The notes under the pieces are model-generated. The model saw only the letters and a list, made by a program, of their open reading frames with translations. It was not told the origin of the DNA and made no database searches. Positions 18,277-27,437 of a DNA stretch of 64,000 bases are shown one piece after another. The stretch comes from a virus (taxonomy: Duplodnaviria; Heunggongvirae; Uroviricota; Caudoviricetes; Straboviridae). The DNA lies in IMG/VR virus record IMGVR_UViG_2974557979_000001; one strand, 5' to 3'. The translations under genes were made by a program, and so were the position numbers. The first letter of the stretch is position 1, and each line of letters starts with the position of its first letter.

Positions 18277-18827
18277 GAAAGCATGAATATAAACACGTTG
18301 AGAAATATAATGTTGATTATCGTCCTCTGACACATACAGAGTTTACCCCCAATGCAGATTTTATCAAAGGGGATGTTTACCTGTATCAAAGAGAATATCT
18401 TTTCATTCTGGCACTTCTGGAAAGTAAAAATATCGATACCCGTCAACTGTTCATCAACTGTGAAGAATGTCAGGAAAGAATAGAATTCCAGCTTAAACGC
18501 AATCAAATCATGGTTGAAGATTTCGACGATAAGCTATACGGCAATGACGGGATCGCGCTATCTGTTCACCCTCGTAAGACTGGTGATGAAGAGATCCCCG
18601 ATCTTATCGATTACGTAATGATAGACGGCGAACAGATCATGTGGAGTGATTGTAGCGACAAAGATAAAGAAATGGTGTTGGATGCAATCGACTATGCAAC
18701 CTATAAATCGATTTCTACCGCCCTGGATAAGCCAGCAGTGGTCGCAAACATTCCGGTAAGGTGTTCGTGTGGACATAGCCATATCGTCTCTCTGAGAGGC
18801 TTACAGCAATTTTTAAAGGTGGTCTAA
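18273..18827 (+). CDS. 26: baseplate hub subunit gp26-like
   Basis: Positional (directly upstream of gp25, overlapping starts). Confidence 0.4.
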   Translation: MRKHEYKHVEKYNVDYRPLTHTEFTPNADFIKGDVYLYQREYLFILALLESKNIDTRQLFINCEECQERIEFQLKRNQIMVEDFDDKLYGNDGIALSVHPRKTGDEEIPDLIDYVMIDGEQIMWSDCSDKDKEMVLDAIDYATYKSISTALDKPAVVANIPVRCSCGHSHIVSLRGLQQFLKVV

Positions 18828-19220
18828 ATGGGTGTAAATCTGAGGTTGCTATATAGCGATATAGAACCTAACATGCAACGAGATTGGAATAATGACGTAG
18901 CGGCTTCAAAAGGGGCCGCAGCAGTAAGAAATAGTTTGATTGGTATCGTAACCACGATCAAGGGTACACGTCCATTTGATAGTAACTTTGGTTGTGCTAT
19001 TAGTGATATGCTGTTTGAGAACATGAACCCTCTGACAGCGGAATCAATTAGAACTTCTATCGTATCTGCGATCCGGACATATGAGCCTAGAGTATATAAT
19101 CTTTCTGTTGAAGTTATTCCACAGTATGATGATAACTCAGTAACAGTAACCATCTATTACAGCATCATTGATGACCCGGATGACGTAGAGCAAATCAAAC
19201 TACAGCTTTCCGCATCATAA
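18828..19220 (+). CDS. 25: baseplate wedge protein gp25 (GPW/lysozyme-like fold)
   Basis: LYSDIEPNMQRDWNNDVA...GTRPFDSNFGC...LFENMNPLTAE...RTYEPRV...DDPDDVEQIKLQLSAS is collinear with T4 gp25. Confidence 0.9.
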   Translation: MGVNLRLLYSDIEPNMQRDWNNDVAASKGAAAVRNSLIGIVTTIKGTRPFDSNFGCAISDMLFENMNPLTAESIRTSIVSAIRTYEPRVYNLSVEVIPQYDDNSVTVTIYYSIIDDPDDVEQIKLQLSAS

Positions 19221-19225
19221 CAAAA

Positions 19226-19250
19226 AGCCCCTTCCTTTCGGTTGGGGCTT
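19226..19250 (+). terminator. rho-independent terminator
   Basis: GCCCCTTCCTTTCGGTTGGGGC plus T-run; the same hairpin occurs again at 57899. Confidence 0.6.
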
Positions 19251-19254
19251 TCTC

Positions 19255-19710
19255 TTAGAATTCAATGAATCCCATTAGTGTTTGATATCGCAATTCAAAC
19301 GGGGAGATATAACTTTGCATCTGGTTTTGATCGGATACGATGTAATAATACACCTCATCATTATCATCGTATAGTGCTTCTTTGATGATGCAATATCGAT
19401 CGGTTTCCACGTTCACATAAAGAGTATCCATGTACTTTGTAACTTTGGAACCCTGTGAACTGATCTCGTGAATAGCGTTATCTATGAACAGTGACAATGC
19501 TTGCATGAAGTTATCAAACTCACCATATTCACAGCCCATAATAGAAATTGCAGTGTATTGGTGCCAGCCTTTGATTGTATCTCCACGGCGGATCCATCCG
19601 ATTTGTCTACCCCCGATAGATACACACCACACTTTACCAATAGGGCTATAGAACCGCACAACTTCTTTTAATAACAGGGACATGACCCCGCATTTTGTAT
19701 AAGGATTCAT
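19255..19710 (-). CDS. hypothetical protein
   Basis: ORF. Confidence 0.45.
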   Translation of the reverse strand: MNPYTKCGVMSLLLKEVVRFYSPIGKVWCVSIGGRQIGWIRRGDTIKGWHQYTAISIMGCEYGEFDNFMQALSLFIDNAIHEISSQGSKVTKYMDTLYVNVETDRYCIIKEALYDDNDEVYYYIVSDQNQMQSYISPFELRYQTLMGFIEF

Positions 19711-19717
19711 TTCAACC

Positions 19718-19969
19718 TCATTTCATATCAAGTAGCCAGGAAGGGCTAGTTTCAAGCGAAATCGCAGTATATTCGTATTTTACAGTATAACCTTTGAAAC
19801 CGAAAGGAATGACTGCATTTTCATTGAGATATTTTACTTTATGCTTTGCTTCTTCTTCATTCAGAGCAGCACAGACTGTTGTTTGTTCAACGTTACCAGC
19901 AGGAGAAGTAAATTTTTCAATGATAATGTATACGCAGTTCATCCTATTGCCCTCTTTCCATTTTTTCAA
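19718..19969 (-). CDS. hypothetical protein
   Basis: ORF. Confidence 0.4.
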   Translation of the reverse strand: MKKWKEGNRMNCVYIIIEKFTSPAGNVEQTTVCAALNEEEAKHKVKYLNENAVIPFGFKGYTVKYEYTAISLETSPSWLLDMK

Positions 19970-20228
19970 GTTTCAGTGTATCCACTTGTAGTTGAAGTTT
20001 AAGAATACAACCTTTCGATATGTTATACAAGTAGTCACTAACGATTTTTGACTTTACCTGATCGTAATCAGAAGATAACGTAATCCAATCATACATAGTT
20101 TGGTATGATGGAAGATACGTACATTGTTCTTCTTTTGATAACGCTTTAAATGATTGGTAATCGGTTGGAGGTTCCGAAGCAATTGCGGTTGTGGTCATAA
20201 GACTAAGTGCAAGTAGTAGATATTTCAT
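19944..20228 (-). CDS. secreted/periplasmic small protein
   Basis: Start set to MKYLLLALSLMTTTAIA (signal peptide) with RBS GAGGAA; the longer track ORF includes translated leader. Confidence 0.5.
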   Translation of the reverse strand: MKYLLLALSLMTTTAIASEPPTDYQSFKALSKEEQCTYLPSYQTMYDWITLSSDYDQVKSKIVSDYLYNISKGCILKLQLQVDTLKLEKMERGQ

Positions 20229-20299
20229 AATGTATTCCTCATTGTTTTCGATAGAACCAATATAGCAAAAAGCCCCGACCGAAGTCAAGGGCTTTTTCA
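20229..20299 (-). promoter_or_regulatory. PeSL-like cassette (minus strand)
   Basis: Minus strand reads AAAAAGCCCTTGACTTCGGTCGGGGCTTTTTGCTATATTGGTTCTATCGAAAACAATGAGG; the same hairpin recurs at 37270. Confidence 0.5.
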
Positions 20300-20584
20300 T
20301 CAATGCAAGAAAGATTTCACGTACTGTTCGATCTTTTCACGACATGTATCAACTGAGGTACTTTCCGCAATTACGGCATGACATAACGCCTCGCCGCCGA
20401 CCCAGAAACTCATCATGTACTGAATATCACGACCTTCCATTTCTTTTTGATGCGCTTTGATTCGATCGAAAGCGTTTTCGATTGTTTCAGTAGCAGTAAG
20501 CATTTCGGATTCCCCGTCAACCTCCGCCAGTTCCCCATCGATCATTTCGCTTTCGACTTCTTCCCAGTATACTATCGTTATCAT
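20300..20584 (-). CDS. hypothetical acidic protein
   Basis: ORF. Confidence 0.45.
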   Translation of the reverse strand: MITIVYWEEVESEMIDGELAEVDGESEMLTATETIENAFDRIKAHQKEMEGRDIQYMMSFWVGGEALCHAVIAESTSVDTCREKIEQYVKSFLH

Positions 20585-20599
20585 GCATTACCCCAGTGG

Positions 20600-21070
20600 T
20601 TAACCGTCGTAATCCCCGCCACAATTCACATCACCTTCAATGAACAGTTCGCGGTTATCACGTAATAAATTATACTTTCTTTCGAGTTCAGGCCCGAACG
20701 CGTCGGCGTCTTCATACCAGCTATAATTGTATCTTCCGCATTCATCATCATATTCTGGTTCATCGCCGCGTTCATTGAAGTGAACAATTTTGATATCGTC
20801 CATCCCCAGTTCTTTCAACTTATCCCAGATATACGAAATCTCAACGCTATGGGAACCGAACGCTTCCAGTGAGATCGTACCGTTGCTATCGACTTGAGGA
20901 ATACCCCACTTCGAACGAGTATCATCGGTGATCATATCTATTAATGACTCGATATTATTCTCACCGTAGATATCAGCAACTTCCTTTTCTTTACCAGGAC
21001 GAACAAGCCCGATCCCGATAATAAAGCTACTGCTTGAGCTATTGCTCACAAACCCAGAACGAATTTTCAT
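20600..21070 (-). CDS. hypothetical protein sharing the N-terminal leader MKIRSGFVSNSSSSSFI (paralog A)
   Basis: The first 17 aa are identical to the ORF at 24455..24970 and the rest is unrelated; acidic C-terminus. Confidence 0.55.
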   Translation of the reverse strand: MKIRSGFVSNSSSSSFIIGIGLVRPGKEKEVADIYGENNIESLIDMITDDTRSKWGIPQVDSNGTISLEAFGSHSVEISYIWDKLKELGMDDIKIVHFNERGDEPEYDDECGRYNYSWYEDADAFGPELERKYNLLRDNRELFIEGDVNCGGDYDG

Positions 21071-21221
21071 CGCATCACCATATTACCAATCATGAATAGA
21101 GGGATTAGCGCAAAGACGATACCCCATAGAATGACCTTATCTTCACGACGGTCACACCCATGATAGATAACACCTCCAGCGAAAATCAATACAACAACTG
21201 AAACGAACGCGAATAAAGAAA

Positions 21222-21872
21222 TCATTTGCGGGTATCCATTCTCATAGAAACTTCTTTCAGGATCTTATTCAGATCGTGAAGCGCATCTTTTACGTTACCT
21301 TCGTTATAGGTAAGCATATCCTGGTACAGCCCTTTCAAACAACGATTGATAACATATGCTTTTTCAGAAGGTAACATTGTTCCAGAACGATTATAATCTC
21401 TGAAAATGTCCATCATCGTGCCGTTGTTGCCAGGTAATGACGGGTTGAAGTTAACCATACCAGACATCAAACTATCAACATACACAACGGTTGTGTTATC
21501 AGAACGATACGCGCCACCAACTTTAAACCAGTTGCTGAACACATACGGAGATTCCCGCACTTCGCTCAAATCGGTTCCGATTTCATCGATGTTTACACGA
21601 ATGTTGTTAAAATACACCGATTCATCAATAGAACCAGGACGCCATAAGATAGCACCGTTGTTATTTTTGAATCCGACTACATCAACCTGCCAGCCGTTAT
21701 CTGTTAACCGGACATCATCAACGACGATGAAATCAGGTAGCTGTGAATGAAAGCCGATGTTTTCAGGACGGGAATTACGAAACCCATCACGATTGGAGAA
21801 ATAAAGGATGTCGCCTTGATTCAGTTTGCATATATTCATAAGATTTTTAAAGTCCAATTCAAGTAATTCCAC
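21222..21872 (-). CDS. hypothetical protein (216 aa)
   Basis: ORF immediately downstream of the vWA gene on the same strand. Confidence 0.5.
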   Translation of the reverse strand: MELLELDFKNLMNICKLNQGDILYFSNRDGFRNSRPENIGFHSQLPDFIVVDDVRLTDNGWQVDVVGFKNNNGAILWRPGSIDESVYFNNIRVNIDEIGTDLSEVRESPYVFSNWFKVGGAYRSDNTTVVYVDSLMSGMVNFNPSLPGNNGTMMDIFRDYNRSGTMLPSEKAYVINRCLKGLYQDMLTYNEGNVKDALHDLNKILKEVSMRMDTRK

Positions 21873-21910
21873 AAGTCACCTCAAAGCCCCCTTTCGGGGG
21901 CGAGATCTCA

Positions 21911-24127
21911 TTAGAGTTTAACTTCTTTTTCTTCCAGAACGATTGTGCAATCAAATTTCACATCTTTCCAGAATTCCGCTGCAACGATATCTGTTGCGGT
22001 AACGCTTACGCTGGTTTCTTCAAAATCCAGATCCGCAAACCATGCGTGTCCGACGACAATACCGTACATTACACGACTCAGGCGATTATTAAGGGCGCGA
22101 ACCTCTTTAATAGTTTCCTTTGTCTGCTTATCAAGATACTCGATCAGGTCATTCTTGTCAAGCGCTTCGATCTCTTTAGATACAGTATCATAAGCCCACA
22201 GAATGATCAGGTCGCCATTGTTGAGTTTCTTCTTACCTTCGGCGCGTTTTGCAACGGTAGCAGCAACAGCCGGAAGTGATGAAACGCCTTTGATTTTCAC
22301 GTTCAGTTCTTTCGACATGTAAACATCAGTCGATTCTGTGCGCTCAACCTTCGGAGAAAAGCCGTAATCACGGATCCCTTGCTCAGACAACCATTCACCA
22401 GCCGCCTCACCAAAGCGCTGTTTAAGCCCTTCTGCGTTGCGTAAACCAATCGCGTTATCACGGAAGAACTTCATTACCTTCTGACGGCCTTTCAGGATTT
22501 CCAGACGGACGTTATCAGCAACAAATTCCTTACCAGAAATACCGCGAGTCATCGAACGGTTAACCAGAGGCAGAGAGGTAAAGTCAACCAGTACAGACAT
22601 ACGGTCTTCACCAATTTTAGCCAGCGGTTTGATAGTCAGACCAGAAGCACGTAAGTTTTTCAGAGTCGGGATATCGGTTTCCAGCGGAAGTACCTTAACG
22701 TTAACGATACCATCTTTAACAATGGTAAAGTTACGCACTTGTTTGGTTTCTACTTTTTCCGGCAATCCAAACTCTTTTTGTTTGCTTTCCGGAATGGTTA
22801 CGTAACCTTGTAGATCCGTATTGATAGAAATGTTCGGACGGGAACTGTTACCCACCAGGTGTTTCACTGCAACTTTCGTCGTGGTTTGGGTAAATTCCGG
22901 TTTCCATACTTCATGCGCTACCAGTTGCGCCGCCAGTGCTTTACGTTCTTCCGGAGTAGAAGCGTTTGCAATCTGTTCTGACAGTTTATCCAGTGTATCA
23001 TCATCTTTCTGGACAGTCTGACGGCCTGTACGATTGTACGCCCAGTGTTCAGAAGACAGGTCGATCACTGTGTCGGTTTCTGCCAGCAGTTCGAGAGCAT
23101 CAACCAGAGTAAACGCGTTTTCATCAGGAACCATGTTGTAATCAACACCATCCATCAGACGTTTAGCCGGATCAACAACCGCTTCGGAGATCATATCTTT
23201 AGCGTTGGAATAATCCTGTTTGGTAAAGCAGTTATCGTATGCTTTAATCAGACGCACATCACCCAGCTTTTTCAGAACTTTCCATGCCAGATCTGGATTC
23301 ATGGTATGAAGCGCATGATACAGAACCACATACAGAACCTGTTCACCTTCTGCTGTTGCCGGATCGAAGCCGTCAACGTCATTGATCGCGTTTTCACCCA
23401 GCGCCCAAATGTTTTTGATATGTTCCGGAACCAGAACAACACCATTTGCAGCATTCAGGACATACACACGGCCTTCATCCAGGTAGATCGCATGAGTTGC
23501 ATCGCCAACTTTGACTTCAACACGTGCGGAGGTTTGCGCGGTAATGATTTCATCAAATGCAGGTACATACGCATCAAACCCTTCAACGAATTTGTGTAAT
23601 GCGTTGGTTGCTTCCGCCATTTTTTCCAGCAGAGGACGGTTTACATAATAACCATATTCCAGGAAAGCAATGTTGTTAAACGTCAACGGCAGAGTAGAAC
23701 ACGCTTTCAGGATGTCATCAGTACGCCAGCAGTTATCATAACCATCAGTCAGGAAGATCAGACTGTTCAGATTGCCATTATCCGCTTGCAGATCGGTAGC
23801 GACTTCAACCGCCAGTTGCAGAGGTTCAACGAAGCCAGTACATCCGGTCGGACGCAGATAACGATCGATAGCATCATTGATTTTGCTCAGGTCGGATACA
23901 GAGCTAACCTTTTCGCCCACGAATACAGAACCGAACTGACCACGGCTGGAGAAATACAGAATAGATACGGTATCATCCTGCTTAACCAGCGTTGCCAGGT
24001 TGTTTTTCAGGTGCTGACGAATGCGCGGGAGTTCGTTATACATCGATCCGGATACGTCACAAACAAAAACGTGGTTAGTCGGGGTTGGTTTGGCTACGGC
24101 GTTTTTGAATTCAATGTTAGTGATCAT
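21911..24127 (-). CDS. von Willebrand factor A (vWA) domain protein, 738 aa
   Basis: N-terminal MIDAS-like DVSGSM ... FLTDGYDN pattern typical of vWA domains; long C-terminal region with no recognisable motifs. Confidence 0.65.
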   Translation of the reverse strand: MITNIEFKNAVAKPTPTNHVFVCDVSGSMYNELPRIRQHLKNNLATLVKQDDTVSILYFSSRGQFGSVFVGEKVSSVSDLSKINDAIDRYLRPTGCTGFVEPLQLAVEVATDLQADNGNLNSLIFLTDGYDNCWRTDDILKACSTLPLTFNNIAFLEYGYYVNRPLLEKMAEATNALHKFVEGFDAYVPAFDEIITAQTSARVEVKVGDATHAIYLDEGRVYVLNAANGVVLVPEHIKNIWALGENAINDVDGFDPATAEGEQVLYVVLYHALHTMNPDLAWKVLKKLGDVRLIKAYDNCFTKQDYSNAKDMISEAVVDPAKRLMDGVDYNMVPDENAFTLVDALELLAETDTVIDLSSEHWAYNRTGRQTVQKDDDTLDKLSEQIANASTPEERKALAAQLVAHEVWKPEFTQTTTKVAVKHLVGNSSRPNISINTDLQGYVTIPESKQKEFGLPEKVETKQVRNFTIVKDGIVNVKVLPLETDIPTLKNLRASGLTIKPLAKIGEDRMSVLVDFTSLPLVNRSMTRGISGKEFVADNVRLEILKGRQKVMKFFRDNAIGLRNAEGLKQRFGEAAGEWLSEQGIRDYGFSPKVERTESTDVYMSKELNVKIKGVSSLPAVAATVAKRAEGKKKLNNGDLIILWAYDTVSKEIEALDKNDLIEYLDKQTKETIKEVRALNNRLSRVMYGIVVGHAWFADLDFEETSVSVTATDIVAAEFWKDVKFDCTIVLEEKEVKL

Positions 24128-24134
24128 AATTTTC

Positions 24135-24455
24135 TCATTTATAGGTAAATTTTATTAAAATTTCGTTTACTTTTTTGCTAATAGTATCTAATGCATCATC
24201 GCATCCAAACTTACTACTCAACAATGAAACAAAATCATCCATCGTTGTTGTTTGAGACTCGCCAACGTCAAAAGACAGAGCGTAGGCAACAGGATTTTTA
24301 ATCCTTACGATTTGAATAGTATACTCATTCAGATCGAACCGTTCAAGATATTTTCGCAAAGAAAATAAATCAATCGGTACTGGTAGAGTTTGACTAAACG
24401 TTATTTCTTCCCCCAGTTGATAGGGGGGCATTTTTACACAGATTTCGTATTCCAT
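24135..24455 (-). CDS. hypothetical protein
   Basis: ORF. Confidence 0.45.
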   Translation of the reverse strand: MEYEICVKMPPYQLGEEITFSQTLPVPIDLFSLRKYLERFDLNEYTIQIVRIKNPVAYALSFDVGESQTTTMDDFVSLLSSKFGCDDALDTISKKVNEILIKFTYK

Positions 24456-24970
24456 CAGTGATGACTCTTCATAGTGTGTTCCAGATTACGGAAAATTTGC
24501 CCGTGTTCAAGCTGTGATTGGAATTCTCCGCATTCATCAGAGTAAGTAAATTCATAAATGAATACACCGTTCTGATTGCCAAATTTAGCGTTGTACTCTT
24601 CATACAACCACATCTTGATCAGAGCGTCTTTCTCTTCTGTTTCCAGATCATACCAGTCACGCCCATCATAAGCAAGCGCAATTTGAGGATTAGACCGATA
24701 TCGAGTTTCTGCGCTATCTTCGGTTTCCCATTCATAACGCTTATCATCATAGTATGATTCGAAACCATCACCCATATGACCACCCAGGTCGCGGTGTACT
24801 TGCTGTACAACTTCTTCCGCTGTCGGGCAAGTCATCCAGCTATAACCACAGTTAGGAACACAATCACCCATCATTTCGCGGAGATTGTTGATATCAGTCG
24901 GATCCTTCGGGAACCGTACAATAAAGCTACTTGATGAACTATTGCTCACAAAACCAGAACGGATTTTCAT
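24455..24970 (-). CDS. hypothetical protein sharing the N-terminal leader MKIRSGFVSNSSSSSFI (paralog B)
   Basis: N-terminal 17 aa identical to 20600..21070; about 50 nt conserved at DNA level with synonymous differences. Confidence 0.55.
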   Translation of the reverse strand: MKIRSGFVSNSSSSSFIVRFPKDPTDINNLREMMGDCVPNCGYSWMTCPTAEEVVQQVHRDLGGHMGDGFESYYDDKRYEWETEDSAETRYRSNPQIALAYDGRDWYDLETEEKDALIKMWLYEEYNAKFGNQNGVFIYEFTYSDECGEFQSQLEHGQIFRNLEHTMKSHH

Positions 24971-25209
24971 TTGATTTCCTCAAATTCAAAAGCGGTGAAA
25001 TGTTTTCTTTCGTCATACCCAACAGTACAACGATGCGTTTGCTTTCCGGTAAACCCGTCAAACACAGTTACACAATAGTAATGCAACGACGGAAGCGGTG
25101 TATGTTTAATGTATTTGATCGCGACGTTCAGGTCAACAGTAGAACATACACAATCAGACGTTTGCTCAAAACGGTCATCAAAAATCAACTCAATGCTATA
25201 GATGTTCAT
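24967..25209 (-). CDS. hypothetical protein
   Basis: ORF. Confidence 0.4.
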   Translation of the reverse strand: MNIYSIELIFDDRFEQTSDCVCSTVDLNVAIKYIKHTPLPSLHYYCVTVFDGFTGKQTHRCTVGYDERKHFTAFEFEEIK

Positions 25210-25489
25210 CTTTCACTTCCTTCATGTTTTTCATAACCTCTTCAAAAGTTACGGGGATTTCGTTGTACTGTAGTGATTCATCATCCCATACATCGCGATG
25301 CCCGAATGTTGAACTTTTTGCAATAATTTTTTCATTTTCCCATACATCAATAGTAACATGATCACCAAGATAAGGGAAATTAGGAACTTTGTTCAGCGCA
25401 TCAACGCAGTTTTGCAATGATTCAGAAACATGGGCAATTTCAGTGAATTCATAATCAGCACTATAAGAAGCTACGTAAATCATCACCAC
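25196..25489 (-). CDS. hypothetical protein
   Basis: ORF. Confidence 0.4.
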   Translation of the reverse strand: MVMIYVASYSADYEFTEIAHVSESLQNCVDALNKVPNFPYLGDHVTIDVWENEKIIAKSSTFGHRDVWDDESLQYNEIPVTFEEVMKNMKEVKDEHL

Positions 25490-25689
25490 CCCCTAACGAT
25501 GCTAACCAGCAGTAAACCCAGGATCCAGAACACAGCAACCGCACAAATACGGGCCATTACTACATTTCCGCGACTAGTCCACTCCGCACTAAGGAACAAG
25601 AGAACAAACGTTAACGCGTATAAAACCATTTCAATAACTTCGGTAATCATATAAACCTCACGAAAAAGCCCCTTTCGGGGCTTTATTAA

Positions 25690-25968
25690 TCAATGTCCGA
25701 ACACACCACGAATAGACTCTGCGAATGCATACAGTTCAGGGTTTTTAGCTTTCACTGTTTCGATTTGCTCCAGAATATAATCTGGTTTATATTTCGCACC
25801 GAACCAGCAGTAAGAGAAAGAACGATCCCACATGAACACGTTATAGTATTCACCGTTGCGAACTTCAACCATCACATAACCAGGATTAGAACCCAGCGGA
25901 TAATCTTTCAGAAGATTGAATTTCGCGCCAGCACCAGTACATCCGTTAAACAGGTCATTAAAAGTCAT
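25690..25968 (-). CDS. hypothetical protein
   Basis: ORF; terminator hairpin AAAAAGCCCCTTTCGGGGCTTT downstream at about 25661. Confidence 0.45.
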   Translation of the reverse strand: MTFNDLFNGCTGAGAKFNLLKDYPLGSNPGYVMVEVRNGEYYNVFMWDRSFSYCWFGAKYKPDYILEQIETVKAKNPELYAFAESIRGVFGH

Positions 25969-26014
25969 GGTATGTTCCTTTTGTCAGTTTCGTTTCAACA
26001 AGGACACTATACTA

Positions 26015-26938
26015 TTATTCTTTAGCCTGTGCAAGCGCTTTTTTGATTTGTTTTGCGATTGCTTCGATCACCGGAACAGATACAGAGTTACCCGCTTGTT
26101 TGTACGCCTGTGTTTTGCTCTTATGCATCTTGAATGAATCCGGAAATCCTTGCAACCGGAAACACTCGCGAGGTGATAACATTCGAGGGTTCTTACCTTC
26201 CTGTAATACCAGACATTGAACACCATCCTTATAGTATTGGGCTGTTATCGTCCCAGTACACACAGAATCAACTGTAACGGCCTGATAGCCAAACCCCTTG
26301 CCGTTTGCCTTGTTTCGCTCTTTACGCTCTCTAAAGCCCTTCCAGGCACGATCTGATATGGTGTATTGATCATTATCCGGTTCGAGAATGTCACCTACCC
26401 TTGTTGGGGTACGTGGAGGAACAGGAAAACTAAAGAATACCGGATCGCGAAAGCAGACAATAAACACACGCTCTCTTCGTTGAGGCAATCCAAAATCTTT
26501 TGTATTCATTACCTGATAATGGATATCGTACCCTTCGTCCTGTAACAGCCTGTAGATGGTTTTAAACGTGTTTCCCTTGTCATGTGTTAATAGCTGGGGA
26601 ACATTCTCAAAGAACAGCACAGAGGGCTTTTTAGCCCGTATAATGCGGAGTATTTCAAAGATGATAGTACCGCGAGGATCTAACATGCCCTGTTTTAACC
26701 CTGCTTTACTGAACGCCTGACAAGGAAACCCCGCCAACAGGATATCGTGATCAGGTACGTCGTTTTCATCAATGGCGAATATATCACCCTGAATATTTTC
26801 ATCACCCCAGTTATCAGCATATGTTTGTTGTGCATGTTTATCGATTTCAGACGTTAAAAGGCATTCGACCCCGCCGAATGCCTTATCGAAACCGAGCCTC
26901 ACGCCACCAACACCAGCGCAAAGGTCAATTATTTTCAT
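26015..26938 (-). CDS. DNA (cytosine-5)-methyltransferase
   Basis: C5-MTase motifs I DLCAGVGG, IV FPCQAFS, VI ENV, VIII QRRERVF, X AGNSVSVPV. Confidence 0.9.
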   Translation of the reverse strand: MKIIDLCAGVGGVRLGFDKAFGGVECLLTSEIDKHAQQTYADNWGDENIQGDIFAIDENDVPDHDILLAGFPCQAFSKAGLKQGMLDPRGTIIFEILRIIRAKKPSVLFFENVPQLLTHDKGNTFKTIYRLLQDEGYDIHYQVMNTKDFGLPQRRERVFIVCFRDPVFFSFPVPPRTPTRVGDILEPDNDQYTISDRAWKGFRERKERNKANGKGFGYQAVTVDSVCTGTITAQYYKDGVQCLVLQEGKNPRMLSPRECFRLQGFPDSFKMHKSKTQAYKQAGNSVSVPVIEAIAKQIKKALAQAKE

Positions 26939-27201
26939 ACGTCGAAATCAACCTCATCGATTTTGTATGATTCTTCGCCAATATCAGCCCATAGCTGAAT
27001 ATTCACACTTTTTGCATCACGATAAAGAGATTGACCACAAAGCCCACCTGTATAACAAGTTTCTGTAATCTCGTTAACTTCCAGGCGGAGGCTATTGCGC
27101 ATAATTTTAACAACAGCCTTTTCCATTGCAGAATCCAGGGTTTTAGTATCACCCAATACTACATCTTTAACGTTCAAAATAACATCGCTCATTATCGCCA
27201 C
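26935..27201 (-). CDS. hypothetical protein
   Basis: ORF overlapping the MTase start. Confidence 0.45.
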   Translation of the reverse strand: MAIMSDVILNVKDVVLGDTKTLDSAMEKAVVKIMRNSLRLEVNEITETCYTGGLCGQSLYRDAKSVNIQLWADIGEESYKIDEVDFDV

Positions 27202-27437
27202 TCCGTTTCAATTCCGTGTTTGTATGCGTCAACGCCCAGAGGGGTGATCACTAAACACATATCAGTATTTTTCGTTGGTGAACTAAACGCCATAGATGCG
27301 TAGCCTTTTTGAATCAGGGCATCACGCCCTGATTTACTGGGTACATCGTTGAAATCTAAATCCAACATTTTCGACGAGTATCCGTAAAGTTTACACAGAA
27401 CATCAATTTCAGCGCCGGACAATTTCGGATATGTCAT
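27192..27437 (-). CDS. hypothetical protein
   Basis: ORF. Confidence 0.45.
   Translation of the reverse strand: MTYPKLSGAEIDVLCKLYGYSSKMLDLDFNDVPSKSGRDALIQKGYASMAFSSPTKNTDMCLVITPLGVDAYKHGIETEWR

Noticed and set aside
23045-23599. 184 aa plus-strand ORF (and others at 22046, 22821, 23786) inside the vWA gene
   Set aside because: They are antisense to a long well-supported ORF, have odd composition and lack RBSs. The same applies to antisense ORFs inside gp29 (13783..14382), gp5 (60240..60584), the ligase and phoH.
20600-24970. The two MKIRSGF... N-termini as lipoprotein or Sec signal peptides
   Set aside because: The peptide is polar and Ser-rich with no hydrophobic core or lipobox. A targeting or processing leader or a recombination footprint fits better.
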